Shown here piece after piece: positions 10,457 to 19,506 of a stretch of DNA of 53,913 bases (positions are counted from its first letter, which is position 1; each line of letters starts with the position of its first letter). The position numbers were made by a program, and so were the translations under genes. Source of the stretch: an uncultured Bacilli bacterium (lineage in GTDB: Bacteria; Bacillota_I; Bacilli_A; RFN20; CAG-826); contig CALVXH010000001.1 of NCBI GenBank assembly GCA_944368945.1, positions 1 to 53,913 on the forward strand, read 5' to 3'. Under the pieces are notes generated by a model. It was not told the DNA's origin and made no database searches. It saw nothing but the letters and a program-made list of their open reading frames with translations.

Positions 10457-10813
10457 ATGATTAAAAATACTGATAGAAATGAAGTTAGATTAAGAAAACA
10501 CATTCGTGTTCGTAAAAAGATTAGTGGTACTGCTTCTTGCCCAAGACTTTGTGTTTATAGATCAAATAAAAACATTGAAGTTCAAGTTATTGATGATGTA
10601 AAAGGTGTAACCCTTGCATCAAGTTCAAGTGAACAACTCCATATTACAAATGGTAACAATATTGAAGGTGCTAAATTAGTTGGTGCTGACATCGCTAAGA
10701 AATGTTTAGCACTTAAAATTGAAACAGTCGTTTTTGATAGAGGTGGATACGTCTATCATGGTAGAGTCAAAGCTTTAGCTGAAAGTGCTCGTGAAAACGG
10801 CTTAAAATTCTAA
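10457..10813 (+). CDS. rplR: 50S ribosomal protein L18
   Basis: [15 protein letters not shown]...[18 protein letters not shown]...[26 protein letters not shown]. Confidence 0.97.
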   Translation: MIKNTDRNEVRLRKHIRVRKKISGTASCPRLCVYRSNKNIEVQVIDDVKGVTLASSSSEQLHITNGNNIEGAKLVGADIAKKCLALKIETVVFDRGGYVYHGRVKALAESARENGLKF

Positions 10814-10824
10814 GGAGAAAACTT

Positions 10825-11445
10825 ATGGAAGAGAAAAAAGAAATTCAAAACACAGCTAATGAAGCAACAGCTCCAGTAGCTAGCGAAGAGAAAAAAGCTG
10901 CTCCACAAGGAAAGAAATTCTCCAAAGGCAAAAAGAATTTTTCAAGAGCTCCTAAAAAAGAAGTAGTCAAAGAATATGACGAAAGAGTAGTTGCTATTAA
11001 CCGTGTTACAAAAGTCGTTAAGGGTGGTAAAAGAATGAAATTTAGTGCCCTTGTCGTTATTGGTAATGGTAAAGGCAAATTTGGATTCTCAACTGGAAAG
11101 AGCGGAGAAGTCCCAGATGCAATTAAGAAGAGTGTTGATAAAGCAAAGAGAAATTTACATACAGTCAATATCGTTAATGGCGGAACAATTCCACATGAAG
11201 TTATTGGTAAATTCGGAGCTACAGAAGTCTTCTTAAAACCAGCTCCAGAAGGAACTGGAATTATTGCTGGAGGTCCAGTTAGAGCAATCGTTGAACTTTC
11301 AGGAATTAAAAACGTTTATAGTAAAGTCTATGGTAGTAGAACTAAGATTAACATTATTAGAGCAACAACTGCTGCACTTAACAGCTTAAAGAACTATAAA
11401 GATGTTAAAGCTTTACGTGAAGGAGGAAAAGCTGATGTTAAATAA
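10825..11445 (+). CDS. rpsE: 30S ribosomal protein S5 (about 45-aa N-terminal extension)
   Basis: [39 protein letters not shown]... Confidence 0.97.
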   Translation: MEEKKEIQNTANEATAPVASEEKKAAPQGKKFSKGKKNFSRAPKKEVVKEYDERVVAINRVTKVVKGGKRMKFSALVVIGNGKGKFGFSTGKSGEVPDAIKKSVDKAKRNLHTVNIVNGGTIPHEVIGKFGATEVFLKPAPEGTGIIAGGPVRAIVELSGIKNVYSKVYGSRTKINIIRATTAALNSLKNYKDVKALREGGKADVK

Positions 11446-11875
11446 TCTTAAACCAACAGTCGGAAGCAGAAAAGAAAGTAAGAGACGCTGCAGAGGATTA
11501 GGTAGTGGACTTGGTAAAAACGGTGGTACCGGAAATAAAGGTCAAAATTCAAGAAGTGGCGGCGGAGTCAGACTTGGATTTGAAGGTGGACAATTACCAC
11601 TCTTCCGTAGATTACCAAAACGTGGTTTTAAAAACTATGGCCACAAAGAATACGCTGTAGTTAATTTAGATGCTTTCAATTCATTCAATGATGGTGATAC
11701 AGTAAATATCACTTCATTAATTGAAAAAGGATTAGTAAAAAAAGAATTTGATGGTTTAAAAGTCTTAGGAAATGGTGAATTAACTAAGAAAGTTACTATC
11801 GAAGCTAAAAAATTCTCTAAAACTGCATTAGAAAAGATAGAAAAGTGTGGCGCAAAAGCCGAAATTAGTAAATAA
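11435..11875 (+). CDS. rplO: 50S ribosomal protein L15
   Basis: [40 protein letters not shown] 11435 sits behind a GGAGG SD and overlaps the rpsE stop by 11 nt. The ORF-track start 11402 is rejected. Confidence 0.95.
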   Translation: MLNNLKPTVGSRKESKRRCRGLGSGLGKNGGTGNKGQNSRSGGGVRLGFEGGQLPLFRRLPKRGFKNYGHKEYAVVNLDAFNSFNDGDTVNITSLIEKGLVKKEFDGLKVLGNGELTKKVTIEAKKFSKTALEKIEKCGAKAEISK

Positions 11876-11911
11876 TATTTATTAGTTATTTAATAAAAAA
11901 GGCTTTTACCC

Positions 11912-13261
11912 ATGAAGAAATTTGTAGAGATTTTTAAAAATAAAGAAGTCGTTGGTCGTATATTTTTTACGATCATGATTCTATTTGTATTTAGAATTGG
12001 CTGTGCAATTCCTACTCCAGGAATTGATGCTAGCGAATTCTCAGATCAATTGAACTCCAATTCTAATAATATTCTTGCTTTAATGAATTTATTAGGTGGT
12101 GGAGCTCTTCAGAATTTCTCGATATTTGCTTTAGGCGTTTCTCCTTATATTACTGCTCAAATTATTATTCAGCTATTAAGTATGGATGTTTTACCTGCTT
12201 TAACTGAACTTAATAGGCAAGGTCAATATGGGCGTAGAAAAATTGAAATGGCAACAAGATATTTAACTTTAATGCTTGCTGCCGTTCAAGCTTATGGCAT
12301 CATTCAAACTGCATTAAATACTTCGTGGATAAGCTTCACGATGGAAGAAAACTTCTTAACATATGCATATATCGTTACAGTTATGGTTGCTGGCGCAATG
12401 CTTGTTATGTGGCTTGGTGACCAAATTACTACAAAAGGTATTGGTAATGGTATATCAGTTATTATTTTTGCAGGCATCGTTAGTAGTTTACCAAATCAAA
12501 TTGTAACAGCGTTCCAAAGATGGGTGTTAACAAGCTGGAACCATGGTAGTATTGAAGCTACTAAAGGTGTATTCCAATTCTTACTTTACGTTTTATCATT
12601 TATACTTATCATCGCATTTGTTGTCTTTATTGAATTAAGTAGAAGAAAAATACCAGTTCAACATGCAACTCGTAGTGGTGGTAGTGAAAAATTAAGCAAA
12701 GCAAGTTTCTTACCTATTAAGGTAAATAGTGCAGGTGTTATTCCTGTCATCTTCGCTAGTAGTATTTTAATGGCACCAAGCGTTATTGCAACATTTATAT
12801 CAAGTGATGCAGCTAATGCTGAGTGGCTTAAAGTCTTCCAATATAACCAAATGGTTTATATGGGAGGAGGCGTTTATATGCCTTGGGGATTAATAATTTA
12901 TATTGTATTAGTCTTCGCCTTCACATTCTTCTATGCTAACTTGCAAATTAATCCTGCCCAACTTGCCGAAAATTTTCAAAAGAATGGTAGTTATATCCCT
13001 GGAATTCGTCCAGGTGTTGAAACAGAAAAATACGTCAGTAGAGTTTTAAATAGAGTTACATTAATTGGCGCACTTAGTTTGTCGTTTATTAGTGCATTAC
13101 CTGTTGTATTAACTCTCTCTGGAGTATTTGGAAATGATAGTACTCTTGCTTTAGGTGGTACTGGATTAATCATTGTTGTTGGTGTTGCTCTTGAGCTTAA
13201 TAACCAAATCAATGGTCTTATTGCTGGTAAGAGTTACGATGAAGTTATTGGAGGCATGTAA
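11912..13261 (+). CDS. secY: Preprotein translocase subunit SecY
   Basis: 449 aa, 10 TM segments, GVSPYITAQIIIQLL motif, operon position. Confidence 0.97.
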   Translation: MKKFVEIFKNKEVVGRIFFTIMILFVFRIGCAIPTPGIDASEFSDQLNSNSNNILALMNLLGGGALQNFSIFALGVSPYITAQIIIQLLSMDVLPALTELNRQGQYGRRKIEMATRYLTLMLAAVQAYGIIQTALNTSWISFTMEENFLTYAYIVTVMVAGAMLVMWLGDQITTKGIGNGISVIIFAGIVSSLPNQIVTAFQRWVLTSWNHGSIEATKGVFQFLLYVLSFILIIAFVVFIELSRRKIPVQHATRSGGSEKLSKASFLPIKVNSAGVIPVIFASSILMAPSVIATFISSDAANAEWLKVFQYNQMVYMGGGVYMPWGLIIYIVLVFAFTFFYANLQINPAQLAENFQKNGSYIPGIRPGVETEKYVSRVLNRVTLIGALSLSFISALPVVLTLSGVFGNDSTLALGGTGLIIVVGVALELNNQINGLIAGKSYDEVIGGM

Positions 13262-13266
13262 ATCAA

Positions 13267-13914
13267 ATGAAAAATATTATATTAATGGGCCCACCAGGTG
13301 CTGGTAAGGGAACGAACGCAAAACGTATCGCATCACATTATGGTATTCCACATATTTCTACTGGGGATATGTTTAGAGAGGCCATTAAAAACAAAACTCC
13401 CCTTGGAGAGCTCGCTAATAAATATATTTCACAAGGATTACTTGTCCCAGATGATGTCACAATCGGACTTGTTAAAGAAAGAATTTCTCTTGATGATTGC
13501 AAAAATGGTTTCTTGTTGGACGGTTTCCCAAGATCATTACCTCAAGCAGAAGCTTTAACTTCGATTGGTGAAGAAATATCTAGACCAATCAAATACGTTA
13601 TAAATATTGTCGTTCCTGAATCTATCTTAGTTGATAGAATTTCAGGAAGACGTGTTTGTAAGACATGTGGTGCTCCTTATCACATTAGAAACATGAAACC
13701 AAAAGTTGAAGGTATTTGTGATTTATGTGGTGGAGAATTAGTCCAAAGAAAAGATGATAATGAAGAAACTTTAAAAGCTAGACTTCATGAATATCATAAG
13801 ATGACTGAGCCACTTATCTCATATTATAAAAATCTTGGTGTTGTCTATGATGTAGATGGCACAAAAGACTTAGATGAATTAAGTAAAGACATTGCAAAAA
13901 TCTTAGGAGAGTAG
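13267..13914 (+). CDS. adk: Adenylate kinase (zinc-lid type)
   Basis: GPPGAGKGT P-loop; CKTCGAPYH...CDLCGGEL lid. Confidence 0.97.
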   Translation: MKNIILMGPPGAGKGTNAKRIASHYGIPHISTGDMFREAIKNKTPLGELANKYISQGLLVPDDVTIGLVKERISLDDCKNGFLLDGFPRSLPQAEALTSIGEEISRPIKYVINIVVPESILVDRISGRRVCKTCGAPYHIRNMKPKVEGICDLCGGELVQRKDDNEETLKARLHEYHKMTEPLISYYKNLGVVYDVDGTKDLDELSKDIAKILGE

Positions 13915-13919
13915 TTGTA

Positions 13920-14684
13920 GTGTCAATTATTATTAAATCACCTCGTGAAATCGAGTTAATTAGGGAAGCTGGAGATATCGTTCGAGGAACATTCAAAGTA
14001 TTAAAAGAGAACACGCTTCCTGGTAAATCCACCTACGAATTAGATAGAATCGCTGAAAAGTACATTAGATCTAAAGGTGGTATCCCAAGTAGTAAAGGCT
14101 ACGAAGGATTCCCTGGCGCAATTTGTATCAGTGTTAATGATACTTTAGTTCATGGCATTCCTAGTAAAAAGATAATCCTTAAAGAAGGAGATATCGTTAG
14201 TTATGATGTCGTTGTAACTTATAAAGGATATTATGCTGATGCATGTAGGACATATCCAGTAGGAGAAATTGCTCCTCATGTCGCTAAATTAGTCGAGACA
14301 ACAAAAAATTGTTTTTTTGAAGCGGTTAAATTAGTCAAACCTGGTGTCCATCTTGGTGACATTTCCAACAAAATCGAGACTGTGGCAAAAGCTGAAGGTT
14401 ATACTTTAACAGATATGTTTACTGGTCATGGTGTTGGTAGGGAAATGCATGAAGATCCTTATATATTCAATGTTGGTAAAAAAGGAACTGGTCCAATTTT
14501 AATGAAAGGAATGGTTCTTGCTATTGAACCAATGGTGAATGAAGGAAAAGTTGATCTAGTTGTTGAAAAAGATGGCTGGACTACTAAGACCAAAGATGGT
14601 AAAATGTGTAGTCATTACGAAAATACGGTCGTAGTGACTGATACTGGCTATGAGCTTTTAACTTTTAAAGAAGGGGACGAATAA
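13920..14684 (+). CDS. map: Methionine aminopeptidase type I (GTG start)
   Basis: 254 aa with the pita-bread fold pattern (DVVVTYKGYYADACRT, HGVGREMHE, LAIEP) and operon position. Confidence 0.95.
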   Translation: MSIIIKSPREIELIREAGDIVRGTFKVLKENTLPGKSTYELDRIAEKYIRSKGGIPSSKGYEGFPGAICISVNDTLVHGIPSKKIILKEGDIVSYDVVVTYKGYYADACRTYPVGEIAPHVAKLVETTKNCFFEAVKLVKPGVHLGDISNKIETVAKAEGYTLTDMFTGHGVGREMHEDPYIFNVGKKGTGPILMKGMVLAIEPMVNEGKVDLVVEKDGWTTKTKDGKMCSHYENTVVVTDTGYELLTFKEGDE

Positions 14685-14688
14685 GTAA

Positions 14689-14907
14689 ATGGCAAAGCAA
14701 GATGTAATAACCGTCGAGGCGGTAGTAACTGAAGCATTACCTAATTGTAATTTCAAGGTAAAGCTAGAAAACGATGTTGTAATTCATGCCACTGTTTCTG
14801 GTAAAATCCGTATGCATTACATTCGCATTTTACCAGGTGATAAAGTTACCATCGAATTATCGCCTTATGATTTAAACAATGGCAGAATAGTTTTTAGACA
14901 CAAGTAG
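14689..14907 (+). CDS. infA: Translation initiation factor IF-1
   Basis: 72 aa, [37 protein letters not shown]. Confidence 0.97.
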   Translation: MAKQDVITVEAVVTEALPNCNFKVKLENDVVIHATVSGKIRMHYIRILPGDKVTIELSPYDLNNGRIVFRHK

Positions 14908-14926
14908 TCTGTTTGGAGGTAATTTT

Positions 14927-15040
14927 ATGAAAGTTAGACCATCCGTAAAACCTATTTGCGACAAGTGCAAAGTTATCAAAAGACATGGAAAAGTCATGGT
15001 AATTTGTTCAAATCCAAAGCATAAGCAAAGACAAGGTTAA
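14927..15040 (+). CDS. rpmJ: 50S ribosomal protein L36 (absent from the ORF track because it is under 60 aa)
   Basis: Hand-translated as [45 protein letters not shown] lies at 14915-14919. Confidence 0.95.
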   Translation: MKVRPSVKPICDKCKVIKRHGKVMVICSNPKHKQRQG

Positions 15041-15059
15041 TAGGAGGAATCGTTTTAGT

Positions 15060-15434
15060 ATGGCACGTATTGTCGGTGTTGACATTCCTAATGAGAAAGT
15101 TGTAGTTGTTGCTTTAACCTACATTTATGGTATTGGAATTTCAACAAGTAAAGAAATTTTAAAGAAAGCACAAGTTCCAGAACTCAAGAGAGTTAAGGAC
15201 TTAACTGAAGAAGAAATCACAAAAATTAGAGCTGAAATCGCTCATTTAAAAGTTGAAGGTGATTTAAGAAGAGAAGTTCTCTTAAATATTAAACGTCTTC
15301 AAGAAATTGGCTGTTATAGAGGAATTCGTCATAGAAAAGGACTCCCAGTTAGAGGCCAAAGAACAAAAACAAATGCTCGTACACGTAAAGGTCCACGTAA
15401 GACCATTGCTAATAAGAAAGAAGCAGTTAAATAG
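15060..15434 (+). CDS. rpsM: 30S ribosomal protein S13
   Basis: [13 protein letters not shown]...[23 protein letters not shown]. Confidence 0.97.
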   Translation: MARIVGVDIPNEKVVVVALTYIYGIGISTSKEILKKAQVPELKRVKDLTEEEITKIRAEIAHLKVEGDLRREVLLNIKRLQEIGCYRGIRHRKGLPVRGQRTKTNARTRKGPRKTIANKKEAVK

Positions 15435-15452
15435 TTAAGGGGGTAGGATAAA

Positions 15453-15842
15453 ATGGCAAAGAAACAAACAACCCGTAAAAAGAAAATTAAAAGATCTTTT
15501 ACTAAAGGTGTAGCTCATATTCATGCAACCTTCAACAATACCATTGTTACAATTACTGATGAAAAAGGTAATGCTATTGCATGGTCATCAAGTGGTGTTT
15601 TAGGCTTTAAAGGAGCAAAAAAATCAACTCCATTTGCAGCTCAAAGTGCTGCTGAAGCTGCTGCAAAAGCTGCTGTTGATCAAGGTATTAAAACCGTTGA
15701 TGTCGATGTTAAGGGTCCAGGTGCAGGAAGAGAAAGTGCTGTTAGAGCATTAGAAGCTGCAGGATTAAAAGTTACTTCAATTATTGATACAACACCAATT
15801 CCACATAATGGTTGCCGTCCACCAAAAAGAACTCACGGTTAA
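15453..15842 (+). CDS. rpsK: 30S ribosomal protein S11
   Basis: [18 protein letters not shown]...[13 protein letters not shown]. Confidence 0.97.
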   Translation: MAKKQTTRKKKIKRSFTKGVAHIHATFNNTIVTITDEKGNAIAWSSSGVLGFKGAKKSTPFAAQSAAEAAAKAAVDQGIKTVDVDVKGPGAGRESAVRALEAAGLKVTSIIDTTPIPHNGCRPPKRTHG

Positions 15843-15862
15843 TATTTAAGGAGGATGATATA

Positions 15863-16840
15863 ATGGCTGATAATGAATTAAAAATTGCTCATCCATTTGA
15901 AAAATGTTCGTTCAAAATAACATTTGCTGATAGCAAGGAAAACTATTGCAAGGTTGTTGCTGAACCACTCGAAAGAGGCTTTGGATTAACTCTTGGCAAT
16001 GCTTTAAGAAGAGTTCTTCTAGCTTCATTACCAGGTACAAGCGTCTACGCAATCGAAGTTGAAGGTGCCGTACACGAATTTACAGCACTTCCAGGTGTAG
16101 AAGAAGATTTAACACAAATCATCCTAAACCTTAAGGACTTAGTTCTTAGAAGCGACACAATTGGTGAAGAAGATTATGCTGTTTCAATTAATAAGGGTGA
16201 GGGTGAGTTTAAAGCAGGCGATTTAGAAATGCCTACAGGACTTGAAGTTGTAAATCCAGATTTAGTAATTGCACATATTGCTAATGGTGGTCATTTAAAT
16301 ATTACTCTTCATATTAGAAACGGAAGAGGATATGCTACAAGTGCTGAAAATAAGACTTTAGGACTTAACGCTGGATTAATTGCTACAGATAGTAACTACT
16401 CTCCAGTTGTTAGAGTAAACTACAAAGTTGAACAAACACGTGTTGGTCACGATCCACGTTTTGATAAATTAATTTTAGAAGTTTGGACAAATGGTTCAAT
16501 CAAGCCTGAAGATGCTATTGCATTAAGCAGTAAGATTCTTGTTAATCATTTTGAAAACTTCTTACATTTAGATGATAAATTTGTCGATGTTAGTTTAGTT
16601 AAAGATCCAGTTGTACAAGCTGAAGAAACATTCGAAAACTTAACAATTGAAGATCTTGATTTAAGTGTTCGTAGCTATAACTGCTTAAAGAGAGCAGGTA
16701 TTGCTAATGTCCAAGAATTAACTCAAAAGAGTGAAGCTGAAATGATGAAAGTTAGAAATCTTGGGAAGAAATCACTTAAAGAAGTTAAAGATAAACTTCT
16801 TGAAAAAGGATTATCTTTTAAAGATAGCAAAGACGAATAA
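15863..16840 (+). CDS. rpoA: DNA-directed RNA polymerase subunit alpha
   Basis: LERGFGLTLGNALRRVLL and the C-terminal domain LDLSVRSYNCLKRAGI. ATG 15863 sits behind an AAGGAGG SD. The ORF-track start 15812 is rejected. Confidence 0.96.
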   Translation: MADNELKIAHPFEKCSFKITFADSKENYCKVVAEPLERGFGLTLGNALRRVLLASLPGTSVYAIEVEGAVHEFTALPGVEEDLTQIILNLKDLVLRSDTIGEEDYAVSINKGEGEFKAGDLEMPTGLEVVNPDLVIAHIANGGHLNITLHIRNGRGYATSAENKTLGLNAGLIATDSNYSPVVRVNYKVEQTRVGHDPRFDKLILEVWTNGSIKPEDAIALSSKILVNHFENFLHLDDKFVDVSLVKDPVVQAEETFENLTIEDLDLSVRSYNCLKRAGIANVQELTQKSEAEMMKVRNLGKKSLKEVKDKLLEKGLSFKDSKDE

Positions 16841-16851
16841 GGAGAAAAGTA

Positions 16852-17247
16852 ATGCAATTTGGTAGAAAGAATGTTCATGGTAAAGGCGGTGTAAGATTTA
16901 AGACCCCTTATACTTCATCAAAGAAAAAAGCTCAAGTTAGAAACCTTGTTACAGAATTAGTCCTTTTTGAAAAAGTTACAGTTACAACTAGCATGGTTAA
17001 AGATGTAATTAAAGAATTTGATCATTTAGTAACATTAGCTAAAAAAGGTGATTTACATTCTCGTAGACAAGCTGCAAGTGTTTTAAGAAATTATCACGTT
17101 GAAGGTGAAACAAAGGCTTTAGATAAATTATTTAATGATTTATCTAAGAGATTTGCATCACGTAATGGTGGTTACTTAAAGCTCTACAAATTAGCTAATA
17201 GAAAAGGAGATAATGCTCCTGTAAGACTTCTTACATTAGCTGATTAA
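16852..17247 (+). CDS. rplQ: 50S ribosomal protein L17
   Basis: 131 aa; last gene of the alpha operon; NGGYLKLYKLANRKGDNAP. Confidence 0.95.
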   Translation: MQFGRKNVHGKGGVRFKTPYTSSKKKAQVRNLVTELVLFEKVTVTTSMVKDVIKEFDHLVTLAKKGDLHSRRQAASVLRNYHVEGETKALDKLFNDLSKRFASRNGGYLKLYKLANRKGDNAPVRLLTLAD

Positions 17248-17265
17248 TTAAACTAAACTTTATGA

Positions 17266-17300
17266 CCTTCTTAGACTATAATGTTTAAGAAGGTTTTTTT
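17266..17300 (+). terminator. Rho-independent terminator of the ribosomal superoperon
   Basis: 8-bp stem ccttctta/taagaagg (17266-17273 / 17286-17293) followed by T7 (17294-17300). Confidence 0.8.
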
Positions 17301-17313
17301 AATGGAGTGATTT

Positions 17314-17946
17314 ATGTTTGATTATATTGTATTTGATTTAGATGGTACATTAATTGATACACTAGAAGGCTTAACAGTGGCCGTAAATAAGACAATGGAG
17401 CAATTAAATTTAAAATACCATTATTCTAAAGAAGAAGTAAAAACTTTTATCGGAAGAGGCGCTAAAAGGCTTTTAACACTAGCTTTAAAGCGTGAATTTA
17501 GTGAAGAAGAATTTAAGCTGTTTTTAAATAACTATGAAGCTTTTCAATATGTAAGTAAACCATTTAAAAATGTTATTGAGACTTTAAAGATATTAAATGC
17601 AAAAAATATTCCACTTATTATTTATTCAAATAAACCTGATGAAATATTACAAAAATTAATTACTGCTTCTTTAAAAGGTGTTAATTTTTTATACATTCAA
17701 GGTCAAGATTTAAATTATCCTCCAAAACCAGATGTTACCCTTTTAAATAAAATTATTGCTAAGTTTAATCTATTTAATAAAAAAGGACTCTATGTAGGTG
17801 ATTCTATAGTCGATATACAAACAGCTAATAATGCTAATATGAAATGTTTGATATTAACTTATGGATATGGAAAAATAGAAGAGATGGACAAAGAAGAGAA
17901 TAAAACGTATATTGAAGATTTTAAGGAGATTTTAACTTATTTATGA
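17314..17946 (+). CDS. HAD-superfamily phosphatase (phosphoglycolate phosphatase/PpaX-like)
   Basis: FDLDGTLIDT motif I, SNKP motif II, VGDSIVDIQTANNA motif III/IV. Confidence 0.8.
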   Translation: MFDYIVFDLDGTLIDTLEGLTVAVNKTMEQLNLKYHYSKEEVKTFIGRGAKRLLTLALKREFSEEEFKLFLNNYEAFQYVSKPFKNVIETLKILNAKNIPLIIYSNKPDEILQKLITASLKGVNFLYIQGQDLNYPPKPDVTLLNKIIAKFNLFNKKGLYVGDSIVDIQTANNANMKCLILTYGYGKIEEMDKEENKTYIEDFKEILTYL

Positions 17947-18275
17947 CTTATCAAGAAGAATTAATTTTTGGACTAGTAAGATGGCTAATCAAAGGAACTA
18001 AATATTTAGAAAAATATGATGATTGTAATCAACTTATAAGTGACGAACTTAGGTTTGATGCGTTAAGTTATGTTATTTTAATGGTTAGTGAAATAGCTGG
18101 TAGAATTGCTAATGAAGAAAACCTCGTTAATAAATATAATACGGTTGATTTTGATGAACTCAAAGATCTTAAAGATGATATTTTTGTCGGAGATAAGATT
18201 GATTTCTCATTAATGTTTGATGAAGTAAAAGATAATTTCCCAATGGTTATATCATCTTTAATAAGCAATAAGTAA
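17943..18275 (+). CDS. Hypothetical protein, possibly a degenerate DUF86/HepT-like fold
   Basis: 110 aa, overlaps the HAD gene by 4 nt. The helical pattern SEIAGRI...LKDLKDDIFVGDKIDF resembles the HepT GEA...RNxxxHxY region, but the R and H are missing. Confidence 0.4.
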   Translation: MTYQEELIFGLVRWLIKGTKYLEKYDDCNQLISDELRFDALSYVILMVSEIAGRIANEENLVNKYNTVDFDELKDLKDDIFVGDKIDFSLMFDEVKDNFPMVISSLISNK

Positions 18276-18277
18276 TG

Positions 18278-18550
18278 TTATTGCTTATTTTGTATCCTGG
18301 AGTAGTACTCTAAATCTTTAGAAGTATCAATGCTTTCGTAGTTATCTACATCTTCAATTGGAGAAAATAAAAAGTCTTTATATATATTTAAAAAATCTGA
18401 AAAACTCACAGAAACACTATATTTTTTTGTTTTTACATAAATTTTGCCGTTATTTTCAAAGAAAATATATTCTTCTTTATCAAAAGATGACGTTAATATA
18501 TATTTGTCTTTTAATAATTTTAAAGCTTTGATTGAGTCCAATTTATTCAT
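18278..18550 (-). CDS. Hypothetical protein (90 aa)
   Basis: Stop-free 90-codon frame in AT-rich DNA, convergent with the previous gene. No motif recognised. Confidence 0.45.
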   Translation of the reverse strand: MNKLDSIKALKLLKDKYILTSSFDKEEYIFFENNGKIYVKTKKYSVSVSFSDFLNIYKDFLFSPIEDVDNYESIDTSKDLEYYSRIQNKQ

Positions 18551-18731
18551 ATGACTATATTTTAAAATAATTTTTAATTAATATCATTTAAAAAATTTAA
18601 ACTTTGTATCTGATTTTGTTGATTAGTTATCTTTTTGCCGATTTATAAAAATGCGATAATTATCGTATAAAATAGACTATATATTTACTATATTTCAGTG
18701 ACAATATTGAATGTGTTGATTAACTTTTATA

Positions 18732-18753
18732 AAATTTTACAATTGTAAAATTT
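18732..18753. repeat. Perfect 22-bp palindrome in the long spx upstream region
   Basis: aaattttacaa|ttgtaaaattt, verified base by base. Symmetry breaks at 18731/18754. Confidence 0.9.
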
Positions 18754-18940
18754 ATTCGTGAATTATTCTTATGAAAAAATTCAAAAAATAACTAAAAATA
18801 TCAATAAGTGTGCAGTTAATATGTTAAAAGTTTATTTTCGAAAGTAAAAAACTTTTGAAAATAATAAAAAAGTGCGCATTATTCAAATACTTTTTAAAAA
18901 AACTATTTATTAGAATCATTTAATTATATATAATTGTATC

Positions 18941-19405
18941 ATGATAGTAATATATACATCCCCAAGTTGTTCTAGTTGTAAAAAAGTTAAAAAGTGGTTT
19001 AATGACCAAAATATTCCTTTTAAAGAAAAGAATATTTTTTCGAGTGTTTTAAATCCAAATGAGCTAAAAGAAATTTTAGCTAAGTCTGAAAATGGAACAG
19101 ATGATATCATTTCAACAAGAAGTAATATCATGAAAGAAGGTAATGTACATATTGAAGATATGTCTATTAATGAACTTATTGATTTTATAAGAAAGAATCC
19201 TAGCATCTTAAAAAGACCAATAGTTGTTGATGATAGAAGAATACAAGTCGGATATAACGAAGAAGAAATAAGATCATTTATACCGGCTGCAAGAAGAATC
19301 GCTAGATCATCTTGCCCAAATCATTTAGAAGCTTGCACCGATGCTTGTAATGATGGATTTGCTGAATATATTCGCGAAATGGAAAATAATAAAAATGTAA
19401 AATAA
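18941..19405 (+). CDS. spx: Spx/ArsC-family redox regulator with Cys-rich C-terminal tail
   Basis: MIVIYTSPSCSSCKKVKKWF (CxxC), ILKRPI. The 154 aa includes an extra tail SSCPNHLEACTDACNDG. Confidence 0.85.
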   Translation: MIVIYTSPSCSSCKKVKKWFNDQNIPFKEKNIFSSVLNPNELKEILAKSENGTDDIISTRSNIMKEGNVHIEDMSINELIDFIRKNPSILKRPIVVDDRRIQVGYNEEEIRSFIPAARRIARSSCPNHLEACTDACNDGFAEYIREMENNKNVK

Positions 19406-19419
19406 TTTTTGATGAAAGT

Positions 19420-19446
19420 AACTCCTCTAAAGGAGTTTTTTCTTTT
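19420..19446 (+). terminator. Rho-independent terminator of spx
   Basis: Stem aactcct/aggagtt (19420-19426 / 19431-19437) followed by a T-run. Confidence 0.75.
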
Positions 19447-19456
19447 ACATTATCAA

Positions 19457-19489
19457 TAAAATAAAAGTGCTAGTTGCAAAACTAGCACT
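19457..19489 (-). terminator. Rho-independent terminator of the CYTH gene
   Basis: 9-bp stem agtgctagt/actagcact (19466-19474 / 19481-19489). A T-rich run follows on the minus strand. Confidence 0.7.
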
Positions 19490-19506
19490 ATAAATTAAAC
19501 ATTGAA

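Noticed and set aside
2573-13212. Antisense or alternate-frame ORFs inside ribosomal-operon genes from the ORF track: 2573-2770(-), 3465-3758(-), 3575-3775(+), 3765-3983(-), 5153-5392(-), 5384-5602(+), 7712-7900(-), 7942-8124(+), 9520-9807(-), 10845-11168(-), 11045-11236(+), 12991-13212(-).
   Set aside because: Each lies entirely within a confidently identified, highly conserved gene in another frame or strand. None has an SD or a recognisable motif. They are typical shadow ORFs.
13298-14032. ORFs 13298-13558(+) and 13814-14032(-).
   Set aside because: They are an alternate frame or antisense within adk and the adk/map junction. The real genes are unambiguous.
18068-19206. ORFs 18068-18268(-) and 18916-19206(-).
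   Set aside because: They are antisense to the 110-aa ORF and to spx respectively. spx has the diagnostic CxxC N-terminus, whereas the antisense products are low-complexity.
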